Positions 13,606-27,229 of a stretch of DNA of 64,000 bases are shown here, piece by piece. The notes beneath the pieces were generated by a model. It made no database searches. It worked only from the letters and a program-made list of their open reading frames with translations, and was not told the DNA's origin. Source of the DNA: Chiloscyllium plagiosum (Eukaryota); the NCBI RefSeq assembly GCF_004010195.1, contig NC_057719.1, positions 48,568,441-48,632,440 of the forward strand, given 5' to 3'. The position numbers and the translations under genes were made by a program. Positions within the stretch are counted from its first letter, which is position 1. Each line of letters begins with the position of its first letter.

Positions 13606-13865
13606 TGAGAGATATTTATTGGCCTTACCTCTTCTGAGGTTCACGGAGAAAACTGAAGCTTGTTACCACACCTGTTCATACCACACAGAGGGCATTTAAA
13701 CCTGGATGTAATTTGTAGGAGGCAGTTGTTCAGGTATATCTGTACTTGGAGGAGTTCTGTTAATAATTTGATTGAGAGTATAGTAATAATATGATCCTTT
13801 TTATCTCTCTTGGTAACCACAATTTATTGGCATTTATTAGTGAAAATACATTTGCTTTTCCCACT

Positions 13866-14576
13866 TAGAGTCATTGAGATGTACAGCATGGAAACAGACC
13901 CTTCAGTCCAACCCATCCATGCTGACCAGATATCCCAACCGAATCTAGTCCCACCTGCCAGCGCCCGGCCCATATCCCTCCAAACCCTTCCTATTTATAT
14001 GCCCATCCAAATGCCTCTTAAATGTTGCAATTGTACCAGCCTGCACCACTTCCTCTGGCAGCTCTTTCCATACACATACCACCTTCTGCGTGAAAAGGTT
14101 GCCCCGTAGGTCTCTTTTATATCTTTCCCCTCTCACCCTAAACCTATGCCCTCTAGTTCTGGACTCCCTGATCCCAGGGAAAAGACTTTGCCTATTTACC
14201 CTATCCATGCTCCTCATAATTTTGTAAACCTCTATAAGGTCACCCCTCAGCCTCTGACGCTCCAGGGAAAACAGCTCCAGCCTGTTCAGCCTCTCCCTCT
14301 TGCTCAAATCCTCCAACCCTGACAACATCTTTGTAAATCTTTTCTGAACCATTTCAAGTTTCACAACATCCTTCTGATAGGAAGGAGACCAGAATTGCAC
14401 GCAATATTCCAACAGTAGCCTAACCAATGTTCTGTACAGCCGCAACATGACCTCCCAACTCCTGTACTCAATACTCTGACCAATAAAGGAAAGCATACCA
14501 AACACCTTCTTCACTATCCTATCTACCTGTGACTCCACTTTCAAGGAGCTATGAACCTGCACTTCAAGGTCTCTTT
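13866..14576 (-). mobile_element. Young CR1 LINE, 5'-truncated; its open ORF2 C-terminus explains ORF 13945-14604
   Basis: The ORF reads RDLEVQVHSSLK..LYRTLVRLLLEYCVQFWSPSY..RLRGDLIEVYKIM..FTQKVVCVWKELPEEVV. The reverse-complement tail TAGAGTCAT is at 13866. Confidence 0.95.
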
Positions 14577-15374
14577 GACTTGCAAAGATGTCTTTATAGA
14601 ACATTACAGAATGAAGTAAATTTAATCATATTTTTTAATTATTATGAATGAAGTTTTAGATTTTGCAACATTTTATCCTCGTTTATGCTGTACTAAGCTC
14701 AATTACTGAGTTCCCCATTTAGAATAGCTGGAAGAGATTATAGACAGGCATCACTGTTAGGATGCTGATAACATGACAGTACATGGCACTGTTGGCACCT
14801 TGACAACAAGTATTGAGCAACACTGATTGACTGTAGCTTGCACTGTCAAAATAAACTTGTTCACTTCCAGAAGTCTCACAGGCAGAAACAATAACAGCCA
14901 CAAGCATGAACAACAGGTATCACCCAGGCCTGTATATGAGAAATGCTAGAAGTAATGAGATGTCATCATGAGAACATTGGCAATTCACCAGATTTTGTGG
15001 ATAGTGTTATGAAACGATTTTTGACTAGCTTCATCATATTGCAATCACTGTGTTGTGAAGGTTATTTATACAGTAAAATAAAAACTGGCTTTTAAGATAC
15101 ATCCAGGATGCACTATAATTACTTCGGTGAGAAGTCAGAAATGCTATATCCCCTAGTGCAAAATGATTTTATATTTAACCTAAGGAAAAGCATTAGAATG
15201 TGTACAATATCCCTAAGTCATTTCAGAAAATGTATTTCCCTTACACTTGCACAAAGGAAATAGTCAAGTGTCACTTATGAATATGGCTGTACAGACAAGT
15301 ACACCACAAGTATTAATATTTTCATGTATCACATGATGTATATTTTTTAATCATCATCTCTCCTGTTGATGTTT

Positions 15375-16575
15375 GGCCCTGGACCTTTGATTGGCCAGAT
15401 AGTTGTTATTTAACTTTCCATTGAGTTTGTGTATGGGGACCATAGAATTCCAATCCTTGCACATTCTGAAATTGTCCTTGCATTGTCCAGGAAATTGAAT
15501 TTCCCACTGGACAATTCCTCTACACTTTGAGCCCTCTGAAAGTCTCCATTTAATTCGGAAACTTTGGAAGTCTCCAAAAATTAAACGAAATAGCTACTCA
15601 GGAAATGTTAAACTATTAAATACATGATCTAACTCCTGAATAACTATTTAACAGACTTACTTCACAACCCCTTAACTATACCTCCCTCAGTCCACTTACA
15701 TTCCCCAGACTTTGATACCATAGCCATCCCCAGCCAATCCCATCCCGGGACCTGATAAAACCCAGGGATCCACAGCACCCATCGGGGACCTGACCCCTTG
15801 ACACATCCCATCCTGGGGACCCAACACCCGTGCCTTACTCTGCACCCAAACCCTCCTCCCCAAGCTTAACTGGAACAGATTCCCTGCCTGACCTACCCTC
15901 CTCCCATACTGGGTTTGATCCTGGCCCCTCATTGATCCCCCTCCCAACACCACAGGACACAACCTGACAGCCCCTGTTGGACTGACTCTTTCTGGAACCT
16001 CATTGGACTTGACTCAACTCCTTCTGCCCCCACCACTGGTAGACACAGAGACCCAGACCTGAAACCCAGCCTCCCCATACCAAATCCTCCGCCCTATCAC
16101 AAGCACCACTGACTTGTCCCAAACACCCACCCACTACGATCTACCATAAATATTGTATTTTTCCACTTTGCACCTTGGCATCCCACCTACCTGACATCCT
16201 ACCTGACTGACCTGGTACCCAATCTCCCAATTATCTGACATCCTAACCTGAGAAACCTATCCCCTTCACAGCCTTCAGCGTTCCCAGCTGGCATGCTACT
16301 TACCTGGCACTCTACATGTCTAGCACTCTGCCCTTCCAGTAATCTAACATCACGCTTACTTATCTTTAAAACTGCTGTCAAATTGGTTGTCAGCATCTTT
16401 ACATTTCAGAAGATGGCAGATGACTGCTGTGTAAAAGGAGCATGACAGGTCTACTCTCTGAAAGAACTGTCAGAATTGAAGTATTTCCCCACATTTCTGA
16501 GGGAACCTTGAGCGGAATCTTTTATCAGAAATGCAGAGTTCCCTACTTTTGTAAAAATCAAGAGAAAATCCAGCC
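15375..16575. mobile_element. Probable non-autonomous DNA transposon with a C-rich interior
   Basis: Ends AAAATCCAGCCC (Harbinger-like GGGCTGGATTTT terminus). The interior 15660-16330 is C-rich with recurrent CCTGAC/CCTGGCAC motifs, and similar tracts occur at 25520-26160 and 57290-57790. Confidence 0.4.
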
Positions 16576-17789
16576 CTCAGTTGGTTATTGGATGGCACCA
16601 CACTTCACATCAGATTTACAAGATACATGATCGTAGGCTGGGAGGCAGGAAGACAGATAAAAAAGACATTGAAATGTGTTGGAAATGGAGCCTAATCAGA
16701 CTGACACATTATCAGTGACAAGAACTTCAACAGCAGGATTGATTTGCAGGGGACCAATTGTGGCAATTAAATGCCTGATTAAAGGCTACCTCCTGCCCCT
16801 ACCAGATTTTTACCAGTTTCAACAGGGATCACTGCTCAGTGGGAAGACTGCCAGGCAGGTTCCTGGCAGAAGGCTCTCCTTTATGCAACTCAATGGCTCA
16901 TGGAGAGTCACCTGACAACCATAAATATCACTATGGCTACAGCATCCCTACTAGATGATGAAGGACTCCCATCTTGAATGCTGGTGACTACGACCATGCC
17001 TGCAGTATCAACTTTAAGCATCCCTTCAAGATTCCTCGGGATTGTCCCACCCTCTCTTGTGTCCTGAAGCTTCAGTAGTTGTTACTGTTAGTGATGGTGT
17101 GGCTGTCGGTGTGCTGGTCCTCCAATTCGGCTGACAACTTTTTGAAGTGGGTCAAAATCCTCAACGATGGCAAACCCACAAGCAGTCTCTTAATTGGCTA
17201 CTGAATGAAAAACATTGCCTTTGTAAATTGGAGATAGTTATGTAAGGGTAATAAATGTCACTGAACTCAGCCTAAGAACTGAGTTTGACACTCTGGAGAT
17301 GTGGGTTCAAATACTACTCCAATGACTGGTGAAATTTAATTTAAAAATCTGAGATATAAAGCTAGCCTTAGTAATGATAAGCATAGCAATGATCGTCAAA
17401 TATTTGCTGTCTTAATGTCCTGTTACCTTTCCATATGTCTGAGTGGCAAGACCTCTCATCTCATGGTAAAATTCACATCCAGATTTCTGGATGGATTCCT
17501 GTAACATAGAATAGTTTATTTGACATGTAAATGTATCTGACTAACCAGGATTATGAAAATGGCTTTAAATTCAGTCATGTGCTGTTCCATTACAGTGTTC
17601 ATGATTGACACCTTCTAATGAGCTAGCATTTATGTTTTTGTGGAACCTGACCATTCATTTCATGTGCCAATGATAAAATGTTTAGATTTTGTTTCGACAC
17701 TTGAGTACATCTGCACTTTCAAGCAATAATGCAGTCTGTTGTATGTTACAATTTTTTTTTAATTCCTGGTTCAGTTGTAAATCACAAGT

Positions 17790-18915
17790 AGTTTGGTTGG
17801 CTAGATAAAAGGAGGAGGTTTTGCTGAAACTATACAAGGTGCTAATCAGGCCACTCCTAAAACACTGAGAGGAGCTTTAGGCCTCTTAACTAAGGAGAAT
17901 TGCGACTGTACAGGACATTGGTTATGCCACTGTTGGAATATTGCATGCAATTCTGGTCTCCTTCCTATCAGAAAGATGTTGCGAAACTTGAAAAGGTTCA
18001 GAAAAGATTTACAAGGATGTTGCCAGGGTTGGAGGATTTGAGCTATAGGGAGAGGCTGGACAGGCTAGAGCGGTTTTCCCTGGAGCGTCAGAGGCTGGGG
18101 AAGTCCAGAACTAGACGGCATAGGTTTAGGGTGAGAGGGGAAAGATATAAAAGAGACTTAAGGGGCAATGTTTTCACGCAAAGGGTGGTACGTGTATGGA
18201 ATGAGCTGCCAGAGGTTGTGGTGGAGGCTGGTATAATTGCAATATTTAATAGGCATTTCGAAGGGTATATGAATAGGAAGGGTTTGGAGTGATGTGGGCC
18301 GGGTGTTGGCAGGTGGGTCTAGATTGGGTTGAGATATCTGGTCAGCATGGACAGGTTGGACTGAAGGGTCTGTTTCTGTGCTGTACATCTCTATGACTCT
18401 ATGACTCTAAATATTCTGGCATTGGGGGCAGTCCACAGAAGATTCACGAGGCTGATACCAGGTATGGACTGACTGACTTATGTGGAGAGTTTCAGTAAGT
18501 TTGGCTTGTATTCATTTGAATAGAGAAGAATGAGAGGCAACCTTGTTAAAACATACAACATTCTTAGGGAATTTGACAGGATAGATGCGGAAAGATTGTT
18601 TCCCCTTGTGGCAGAGTCTAGCACCAGAAGGCATAATGTCAGAATAATTTATCTGAGACTGAGATGAGGAGGAATGTCTTCACTGAAAGGGTAGTGAATC
18701 TGTGCATTTATTTACTGTGGGGTTTATTGAGGCTAGGTCATTAAATATCTTCAAGGCTCAGATAGCCTGATTTTTAATAAGTAAAGGAATCAAGGACTAT
18801 ATAGAAAAAGCAGGAAAATGGAGTTGAGGATCATCAGATCCGCCATGATCTCATTCAATAGAGGAGCAGAATTGATGGACTAAATAGCCTACTACTGCTC
18901 CTATATCTTATGACC
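17790..18915 (+). mobile_element. Old CR1 3' part interrupted by a young CR1 at 17900-18409
   Basis: The old copy (LKLYKVLIRPLLKH..) resumes at about 18410 and ends CTACTGCTCCTATATCTTATG. The inner copy reads LYRTLVMPLLEYCMQFWSPSY and ends (ATGACTCT)2. Confidence 0.88.
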
Positions 18916-19782
18916 CTGCCTGTAGTATTTTGTGTCTTAGATTTGACTCAGTTTGTAAACTGACGGGCAATTTATGAGACATAATGATCAATGTTATAGT
19001 GATAATGTTCAGAAAAATTTCTCACCTCAGCTTAGTGTCAATCTTTAAAATGCGAAGGTTATTCTATCCAACCATCATTGACTATAAATTCTCTGCATAA
19101 GACCATTGTCGCTGCGTCCAGTATAGTTGTACTAAACAATCTAAAAAGGCTCAGGGTAAATATGCAACATTGGATCACGCTATTTGTTGTAGGGGAACAC
19201 ACTAAATCATTATTAGCAATTTGTGAGTCATCAGATCTCATGCTCAGCTTCTTATATTAATAACCTTACACAGACAAAGCTATGCAGCAGATTCTACAAC
19301 CTTCTCTAGTAACTGTACCAAAGGTCTTCATAATGTCAATAAATTTTCCAGTAATTTTTACATTTGCTGAACTGTGAAATCACATTCATTTTTCTGTCTT
19401 GCATAAAGCAAAACATTGAATGATGTGCCACAGTAATGTGCAGATTAGGTAATGCAATTCAAATTTGGTGACTAGGAGAAGGAAGACATTATGGTAATTG
19501 CAGCAAAAAGATTTTTCGATCTCTCATTGATAATGCATAATAAGTAATAAGATTCTCAGATTATTTCTTACAAAATAGTTGGAAAACTTGCAACATTGTA
19601 AAATCAAAGTTATCATATTTATACAAGTGCTGAGTGTTTTGTTACTTTTCATTCTAATCAGTCAATCACAGAAATTGCTTCATCTCCACTGTTAATATGT
19701 TGAAGCCAGTGGAATGTTCTTTCCAGTTAAGTATTATAGCTACATCTGAGACATAATTGAGTTGTATCTTGTATTTCTCAAG

Positions 19783-19810
19783 GGGAGACGACCAAGAATA
19801 CAGAATCCAG
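19783..19810 (+). other. Candidate 28-nt exon of an unidentified host gene
   Basis: Pyrimidine-rich TTGTATCTTGTATTTCTCAAG acceptor, purine-rich body GGGAGACGACCAAGAATACAGAATCCAG and a consensus donor CAG|GTAAGT, in a block where I recognise no repeats. Product not recognised. Confidence 0.4.
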
Positions 19811-20581
19811 GTAAGTCAAAAAAGGCTTTGCTGCATTACTCAACATGGCGTCCAACCTCTGCCTCTTCATTCCCAGTGTCCAATGAGTGTCCACTGCCCT
19901 GAGATATTTTGTTGAACATAATGACTGCTGAAAAATAAACATGTTTCTTGAAGCAAATTAATGTTGACGTTCAGGAAAGTGCAATGTCAAACTTGTAATG
20001 TTTTGGGCATTTTGCTTTAATTTGATTTAGTCTTGTGGTGAGTCATTTTAAAGGTTACTTAGCAGCGGTTCATCAATTATTATGATGCGTGGATGGTACT
20101 GTTTATCTTGGCACTACGCATCTCACATTGTCAGACCAACAAGTATTTAATTAGGTGACCATGTTTCGAGCGAGCCTGCATTCACTTCATTTCAAATTGG
20201 TTGTAAAGCGGAGAGCTTTTGTTTACAAGTCATTTCTTGCTATTCTCGGAATAACGATTTCTAGTTAGTTTTTGCCTTACTTGCATTTCTGGGGAGCAAT
20301 TTTCACCTGCAAGAGTCAGAGAGTTGAGAATCGTCTTTGGAAAGCGGATACTTTAAAATTTTCAAAGATGGCCCCAACCCCCTTTTTGGTTTTAGCAGAC
20401 GTGAGGCAGGCAACCAATTTAGTCTCACAAGGTTATTGTTATTAAAACCCTTTTTGGAAGCTATGAGGCTCCATTCTGACCAATATTTTATTTTTAAAGC
20501 ATAGAGACCATGATTCTCAGGGATCAGGATTTGCAGCAGGCAAGATGAGGCAAGAAGGGAAAGATTCATAAAGTAAACTAT

Positions 20582-20911
20582 GGCAGCACATGGGGTGGCA
20601 CGGTGGCTAGCATTGCTGCCTCACAGCACCAGGAACCCGGGATCGATTCCTGCCTCGGGTGACTGTCTGTGTGGAGTTTGCACATTCTCTTCGTGTCTGT
20701 GTGGGTTTCCTCTGGTGCTCTGGTTTCCTCCCACAATCCAAAGATGGGCAGGTGAGGTGAATTGGCCAGTTTAAGTTGCCATAGTGTTAGGTGCATTAGG
20801 CAGGGAAAATATGGGATGGGTAGTTGGTCTGGGTGGGTTACTCTTCAGAGGCTCAGTGTGGACTTGTTGGGCTGAAGGGCCTGTTTCCATACTGTAGGTA
20901 ATCAAATCTAA
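20582..20911 (+). mobile_element. HE1/V-SINE-type tRNA-derived SINE
   Basis: GGCAGCAC..GTGGCTAGCATTGCTGCCTCACAGCACCAGG..GATCGATTCC head, V-domain GTGGAGTTTGCACATTCTC..GGTTTCCTCCCACAATCCAAAGA, and tail GAAGGGCCTGTTTCCATACTGTAGG. Confidence 0.9.
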
Positions 20912-22499
20912 ATGCTTTTGTTTCATGGCTTATGGACCAGAAGGAATAAGAATGATTCCCCAGGTCCAACAGGGTTAGCTGCATACAGCTAGAGACCTGT
21001 GAATGAACAAAACCACCATTTGAGTCTCCCACAATGTTTGATTCTGGTTTGTGGAATGTACAACTCAGCCCCCCACCACAATATTCAGGTTTACCTGACA
21101 TCTACTCCCTGGCTTCCTCCTTGTTCAATATGCAGCCATCCTGTTACGTAGCTGTCAGATAGGAACCTGATGAAGATGCCTGGTAATTGTTTTATGCAGG
21201 ACCTCAGGGAAAACATCATTTATAGATTTCCTTTCACAGCCTGTCCACCACCCTGAATCTCTTCATATACCATGAATATATTGGAGCAATAGCTACTGAT
21301 TTAGCTTCATGCTCTCTTATGCAAACCTACTGGACTATGAAACTCACACAGCAGCTTTTCCAAATTACTTGAAACATCTCATTTGACTCAGATTTGTTTT
21401 TTTACTAACCCTTTATCATCAGTTGAATGGGCACTTCCATATTAAATGAAAATTCTTGACGAGTGTCTGGTGGGGAGCCAGTAGAATTGTTCGCAATAGA
21501 TCTTCCTTCCACACTAAAGAAGTCTGCAGACACTTTGTATAATTGTCTGGGCACTATGGCCACCGCCATACACATACAGTAACTTCAAGAGGTAACTGGT
21601 ACATGGTCTGTGCTGGAACCACTGGATTGCTGTGGGCTTGGACAGTTGTCTGATTTTCTATAGATAAAAGAGAAAGGACAAGCTCTGGGGTCTCTGCAAA
21701 TTCAGCTATTCTTGGCAGACTCTCCATCTATTTGAACTGAGTGTGCCTTGCAGGTTTGAGCCACAAATGAATAGTTCTGCATTGGCAACTACTTTCATAC
21801 CAGTGCAAATGAATTTCCTAATTTTCTGTGGCCGTTGCTGCAAGTTACACATGTGAGGACTCATAGAAACTATAGTTTTTTTATGCATCTCCAAAGTGCT
21901 TTCTTGAGAGGTGGTCTTAATAAACCTGAGTAGTTTTACATCAGCAAATGGATGTCAACACTGTTGTGATGCAAAATACTAGCCCCTAGGGTCTTCTCTT
22001 AACTCTAAACCAGACTGATAGCGTTACATCAATCCAAAGTGAAACATAGTTGAAATTTCAGTACAGTGCAATGAGAGGAAACACTTGCAAAATATTCTTA
22101 TATCTCATTATTCTGGCATTTAAGCTATCTTGTGATAGTTTTCTGAGGGAAAATAGATTTTGAAATGGTTGCTGTTTATTGGATGCAGGTTGTCCCTATA
22201 AATTAGACTGTTATCAATTATCACTTATGCTGTACTGAGCAATTGAAGATAAACAGACCAATCTAAAAATGAGAGCTTATATTCAGTACTTCAATTGGTA
22301 AGCAATTCTCAATCACTCCAGTACATTAGAGCAGAGTCCTTTAATACTCTACTTATATTTTCTGCTACCACTTGAGTGACAACACTTTGATTTTCTTATC
22401 CTTCTCCTGCTTTCAAACAGTTGCCCAGAATGAAGTAGCAGTGACAATTTCCCTGATGTTTGGTCATCTGTCAATACTATATCTCGCTGTTAAAGTCTT

Positions 22500-22870
22500 C
22501 AGTTGAGTGAATTCTTATCAATAACCAAGTTCAGGCTAACTGATTATAATTTTCTATCTTCTGCTTTCCTTCCTTCTTAAACAGGGCTGTTACATTAATT
22601 ATTTTCCAGTCCTCTGGGGCTCTCACTGACTCCAGTGATTCCTTAATGGTCATGACCAATGCCTCCACAATCTCCTCAGCCATCCCTTCCGAAATCTGGG
22701 GTGTAGTCCCATTTAGTCTGGGTGATTTATCTATCTTTAGACCTTTCAGTTTCCCCAGCACCTTCTCCCTAGTGATAGCCATTACACTCACCTGTGCCCC
22801 CTGACTCTCTTGAAGTTCTAATATGGTACTGGTGTCTCCCACCAGGCAGACTGATGCAGATACCCATTGT
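22500..22870 (-). mobile_element. CR1 ORF2 fragment (start of RT)
   Basis: Translates ITREKVLGKLKGLKIDKSP..ESVRAPEDWKIINVTALFKKEGKQKIENY. Confidence 0.85.
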
Positions 22871-23769
22871 CTTGTCCTTTGGAAGTGAAGCTTCCAAGTA
22901 AAACTCATGCATCTTGTCACCTTGATTGGAAATGCAAAGATATATTAACCACAACCCACTTACATCAAAAGATGCAGCATATACAATTTGTATAGAACTG
23001 TCAATGCATTGATTCAGGAGTGAAAATGATTCAGTACATTGAGGGTATATTTACACTAAAACTGTAAAGAGAGTGCAAGGTAATTTTGCTTTACATTGTT
23101 AATGCAGATACATTATTGAGTAAATGCACCTTACATCTTGATTTGTGTCCCAATTGACAATAGAACAAAGTGAAATGAGACTCTCTGGAAGAGGAAGGCT
23201 TACTCAGTTTCACTTCATAGTCAGTTAACTCAGAAATTACATATCACAAACTGGTTCAACTTGCACTAAAATTCAAGCAATTATGTAAATCCACTCTTAG
23301 GTATTAGATAAAATTAACTAAGCAATTGATCATTTCTTTGACTTATGGAAGATGTTAGAATAATGTTCTGCCAGAAGAAGGCTGCAGCCATTTTTGGAAG
23401 CCCCAAGTGGATTAAATGTCAATCAAACAGTTAACTGCCTGCTGTCTGATTTTCTTGAGCTTGGGGCAGACCCCTTTCTCAAGAGTTGCCAGGAATTTAG
23501 AGGGCTTGTACTGCTTCATCCCTGGCAGTGCGGAACAATGGCCACTGCTGGGCGAGGCAGGCCAGGCCCCAACAAGAGGTAGATATTGTTTTGACGACAC
23601 AGGATCTCTTTAAGTGGCAGCAGTCCTATTGACAAAGGACTGCCTCCCCAATTCACAAGCCTGTAGACTGGCTATTACTGAGCTATGCAGCATTCTCCTC
23701 CACCACAAATGGAATATCATCAGCAACAAGAATCAATCTCTTCAATGTGCTTCAAAATGCCATGGACAA

Positions 23770-24215
23770 GAGCACAGAACAGGGAACAGTACAGCACAAG
23801 AACAGCCCCTTCAGCTCACTACATATGTGCCGACCATGATGCCATTCCAAACTAATCCTATTTACTTGTATATAGTCCATATCCCTCTATTCCTTGCCTG
23901 TTCATATATTTGTTTAAATGTCTCTTAAATGTTGCTATTGTATCAGCTTTTACCATCTCCCCTGGCAGTGCATTCTAGACACCTACCACCCTTTGTGTAA
24001 AAGCTTTCCTTGTCTCCCTTAAACCTTCCCCCTCTCACCTTAAATCTATGCCCCCCGCCCCCAGTATTTGACATTTCCACCCTGGGAAAAAGATTGTGAC
24101 TATCCACCCTGTTTATACTGCTCATAATTTTATATACTTTTATCAGGGCACCCCTTAGTCTCTGACGCTTTAGCAAATTCAATCCAAGTTTGTCCAATCC
24201 CTCCTCATAGCTAAT
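23770..24215 (-). mobile_element. CR1 3' end
   Basis: Translates SYEEGLDKLGL..RQRLRGALIKVYKIM..LFPRVEMSNT..GHRFKVRGGRFKGD. Confidence 0.85.
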
Positions 24216-27200
24216 ACAAGAAGTGTGTCCCTGAATTCCACTGCCCTGATTTAATTGTAAGGAGTAGAGAGATAGGTATCCCACCTCTTTCCTTCCTCCT
24301 CACCTTTTAGTCCACCCTGGGGTGGCAAAGGTAGAAGTTAAATTCCATCCTGTGTGTGTCTATCTCACAATGTGCCTCCCAAAATGACGTTATCTTTTTT
24401 TAAGCTTTTGCTCACATGCCTTATCCAGTAAAGCTTGATTAAGCCTGAATTAATTATTTTTGTGGTTCCTCTTCTTGATTGTATTTGACAGAACCTAGAG
24501 AGTTCTTTGTTTGTGTTCTTAATCCTGTATTTATAGGACAGAATGTCTTCTTGTTGGTCCTTGATGCCTCTGGGGAGAGTTACCTTGCTGCAGAAGTGGA
24601 TTGTTGTTGGGAAGATGTTATAAGGAAACTGCAACAGTATATATGCCATGAATCAGGAAAGAATTCGCCTAATCTTTTTTATTCAGTTTTAAGCTGCCTC
24701 CCCAATTTCCTGCACCTTTTCAATCAATGCGGTTATTTGCTTTTCCCCATAGCTGCTGGATCATTTTGAATTGATTACATCTTCCTAGTTCTAAACGAAT
24801 CAACTTTGCTGTTCATACATCCACCTAATTGGGCTCAATTTTGGGAGATTGGTTCATAAGAAAATAATCAAAAATACCGTGATTGGATATCGTCTCAAAT
24901 ATTTGTCCTTCACTATTACACCTCTCACTCAGCCCCAGCTGATTGTTGATGGCGATTTGTTTCTTATTTCATGGTTTTCCACTTGGGAAGTGGTATGAAG
25001 TGGTGGAAGGATTAACAGTCTAATTAACAGTGCAATACATACCACAGGAATCACTGTCAACAGGCTCCATAACCTACATAATGAGGATGGGCCACCCACA
25101 GACAGAATAAGACAGAGAGAGGTTGAATCAAATGGGCACCTCATGCGTTACATAAGGTACTACATTGCTGGAGGATGAAACCAAAGGTCTTTTAGAAGAT
25201 ATTAAGGCTCAAATCTTTTAATAAGAAAATGGTGATTGCCACATCGTATATTGGAGTTATGTGTTGAGCCCTTGGGAGTTCCTGATACAGTTGACTCTGC
25301 ACAACTTGCTCAGAGAGTTGAATTTCCAATGGGCATTTACCCAGGGATCTGGAACATTTAGTAAAAGTCTCCAACTCTAAAGTAGAGTCCAAGGTTTGGC
25401 AATGTTAGCCAGGAAATTGTAGAGAAATCAAAACTTACTTGAACTCTTAAATAAGTGTTAAATTGAATTCTCTTCAGCTGACTCAGCACTGAACCTGCTG
25501 TGGCTATACCTGTGAAATCTCACAGAGTGTCCTTGACCCAAAACCTAAACCTCCATTAATCAATAATCTACCCCACATTCATCCTCCAACTTCCTACTGA
25601 CCTGACACACCCTGATCGACTTGACCCTCCCTGGTACCAACACAGCCATTCTGACCCATCATCTGAACACAATAATCATCCTCAACTTTCCCACTGGCCC
25701 CCATAGAGCCACAACCCCCGCAAATATTATGACCCCACTGACCTCCTGAATCTGACACTCCCTGACCAAATCCAACATAAAATCTCACCCTCCAATTCTC
25801 TCTTCCAACTCCCATTCACTGACTGTCCCATTTACTCATACCTGACACCAACACAACCCCCAATTCCGACAAGCCCCAACCCAGTGACCTGCCCTAAACC
25901 CTCACCTACTTACTTGCAAATCTACCCCATTACCATCTGGCTCTATACACCCTCACAACATCTGGCACTCAACTGTCTTCTGATCTCTCATCCAAACCAT
26001 CCCACACACATGCTGCTTGTGTCACTCACTCACCTGGCACTGTATCCCCAACCTGGCACCCCATTTGCCAACTCAACCCCTCATGCAACACGTTCTCCAC
26101 CCTCTCACACAACTGGCAACTTACAGCCATCTGCTATGCCTTCACTAAACTTCCCTCTGTAGCTGTCAAAATAGCTTATGGACTTTTAAAGCACAGAATA
26201 GGACAATTATTACTGAACAAGAGTATATGGTTTCAGTGTAAACCCTCTAGACTGCTCGCTGCAAGGATTTCTAGATTCGTCTGCACAGCTTCAGCTGGAA
26301 GGTTCCTGGCTCAGACATTTAGCAAAGAAACTATGTAAGTCAGAAATATTTACTCTGATCATATCAAAACAGAGATTCTACCCCAGATCAGAAGATTCAA
26401 ACCTAAATGTTTCCTTTATCTTATTTTTAAGTACTGCTTCTTATGGAAATATGGTCGTTTTCATCATCTATTTCCTTCCTCAGTTCTTTAGTTGGTGATT
26501 GAAGACAGTGGACACTTTCTATTTTTCAACCAACTGTTAACAAGATAGATGCTTCAGTGGCAAGTGCCAATGACACTTAAATGAAAATTAATTCTTATCT
26601 GATGTCTGTATGCAAACAGTTCCTTAAACAGTTCTGAAATAATCATCAGCAGAAAACATGGTCAAAATTTTCATGGAATTATTGTGGAGCTTCCAAAATG
26701 GTGAACGGAAGCCAGATATGGCCTGTTTAAATCAGAATCATTATTGTCACTGGGAGAAAGGGGCATAGCAAGATTCACACATGAAAGAAACCAAAACTCA
26801 GCAGGGCCAGTTCTGAGTTTAAAAAGACCCCATTTTCACAGTGGCAAGGGTCTTAAGCCATACTGTGGGAGTCATGAGTTTATGGATTGAGTATAAAGTA
26901 ACATGGACAAGGTCTGTGTAACTTCCACGATGTGAAGTTATCTGCAGCAATTTAAAAATGAATGAAAAGGGTGAAATGTCCATGAATGTTTACAGAAAAT
27001 CTGTTGAAATTGCTGTTGTCGATATTTCCGAAAGGGGTTCTTTATTGATGTTTGGTTGATTTCCAAAAGCTATAGTTACTCCACAGAGAGCTCTGAGTCC
27101 ACAGTTTGGTGGGCAGGTCAAAGAAGCTATTAAAGGATTCGCTATCTTTAATGTGGAGTTATTAACTGAAGTTTGTTTGTAAACACTTACCTAAAAGGTT

Positions 27201-27229
27201 TGAATGGGCTTTTATAAATGGAAGTTTTA

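Noticed and set aside
13945..14604. Longest ORF (219 aa) as a host gene
   Set aside because: It is the CR1 ORF2 C-terminus. Near-identical disrupted copies occur at 8407, 17900, 38993 and 43722.
14871..14916. Possible 46-nt exon (TTCCAG ... CAG|GTATCA)
   Set aside because: Weak donor, short pyrimidine tract and no recognisable peptide; expected by chance.
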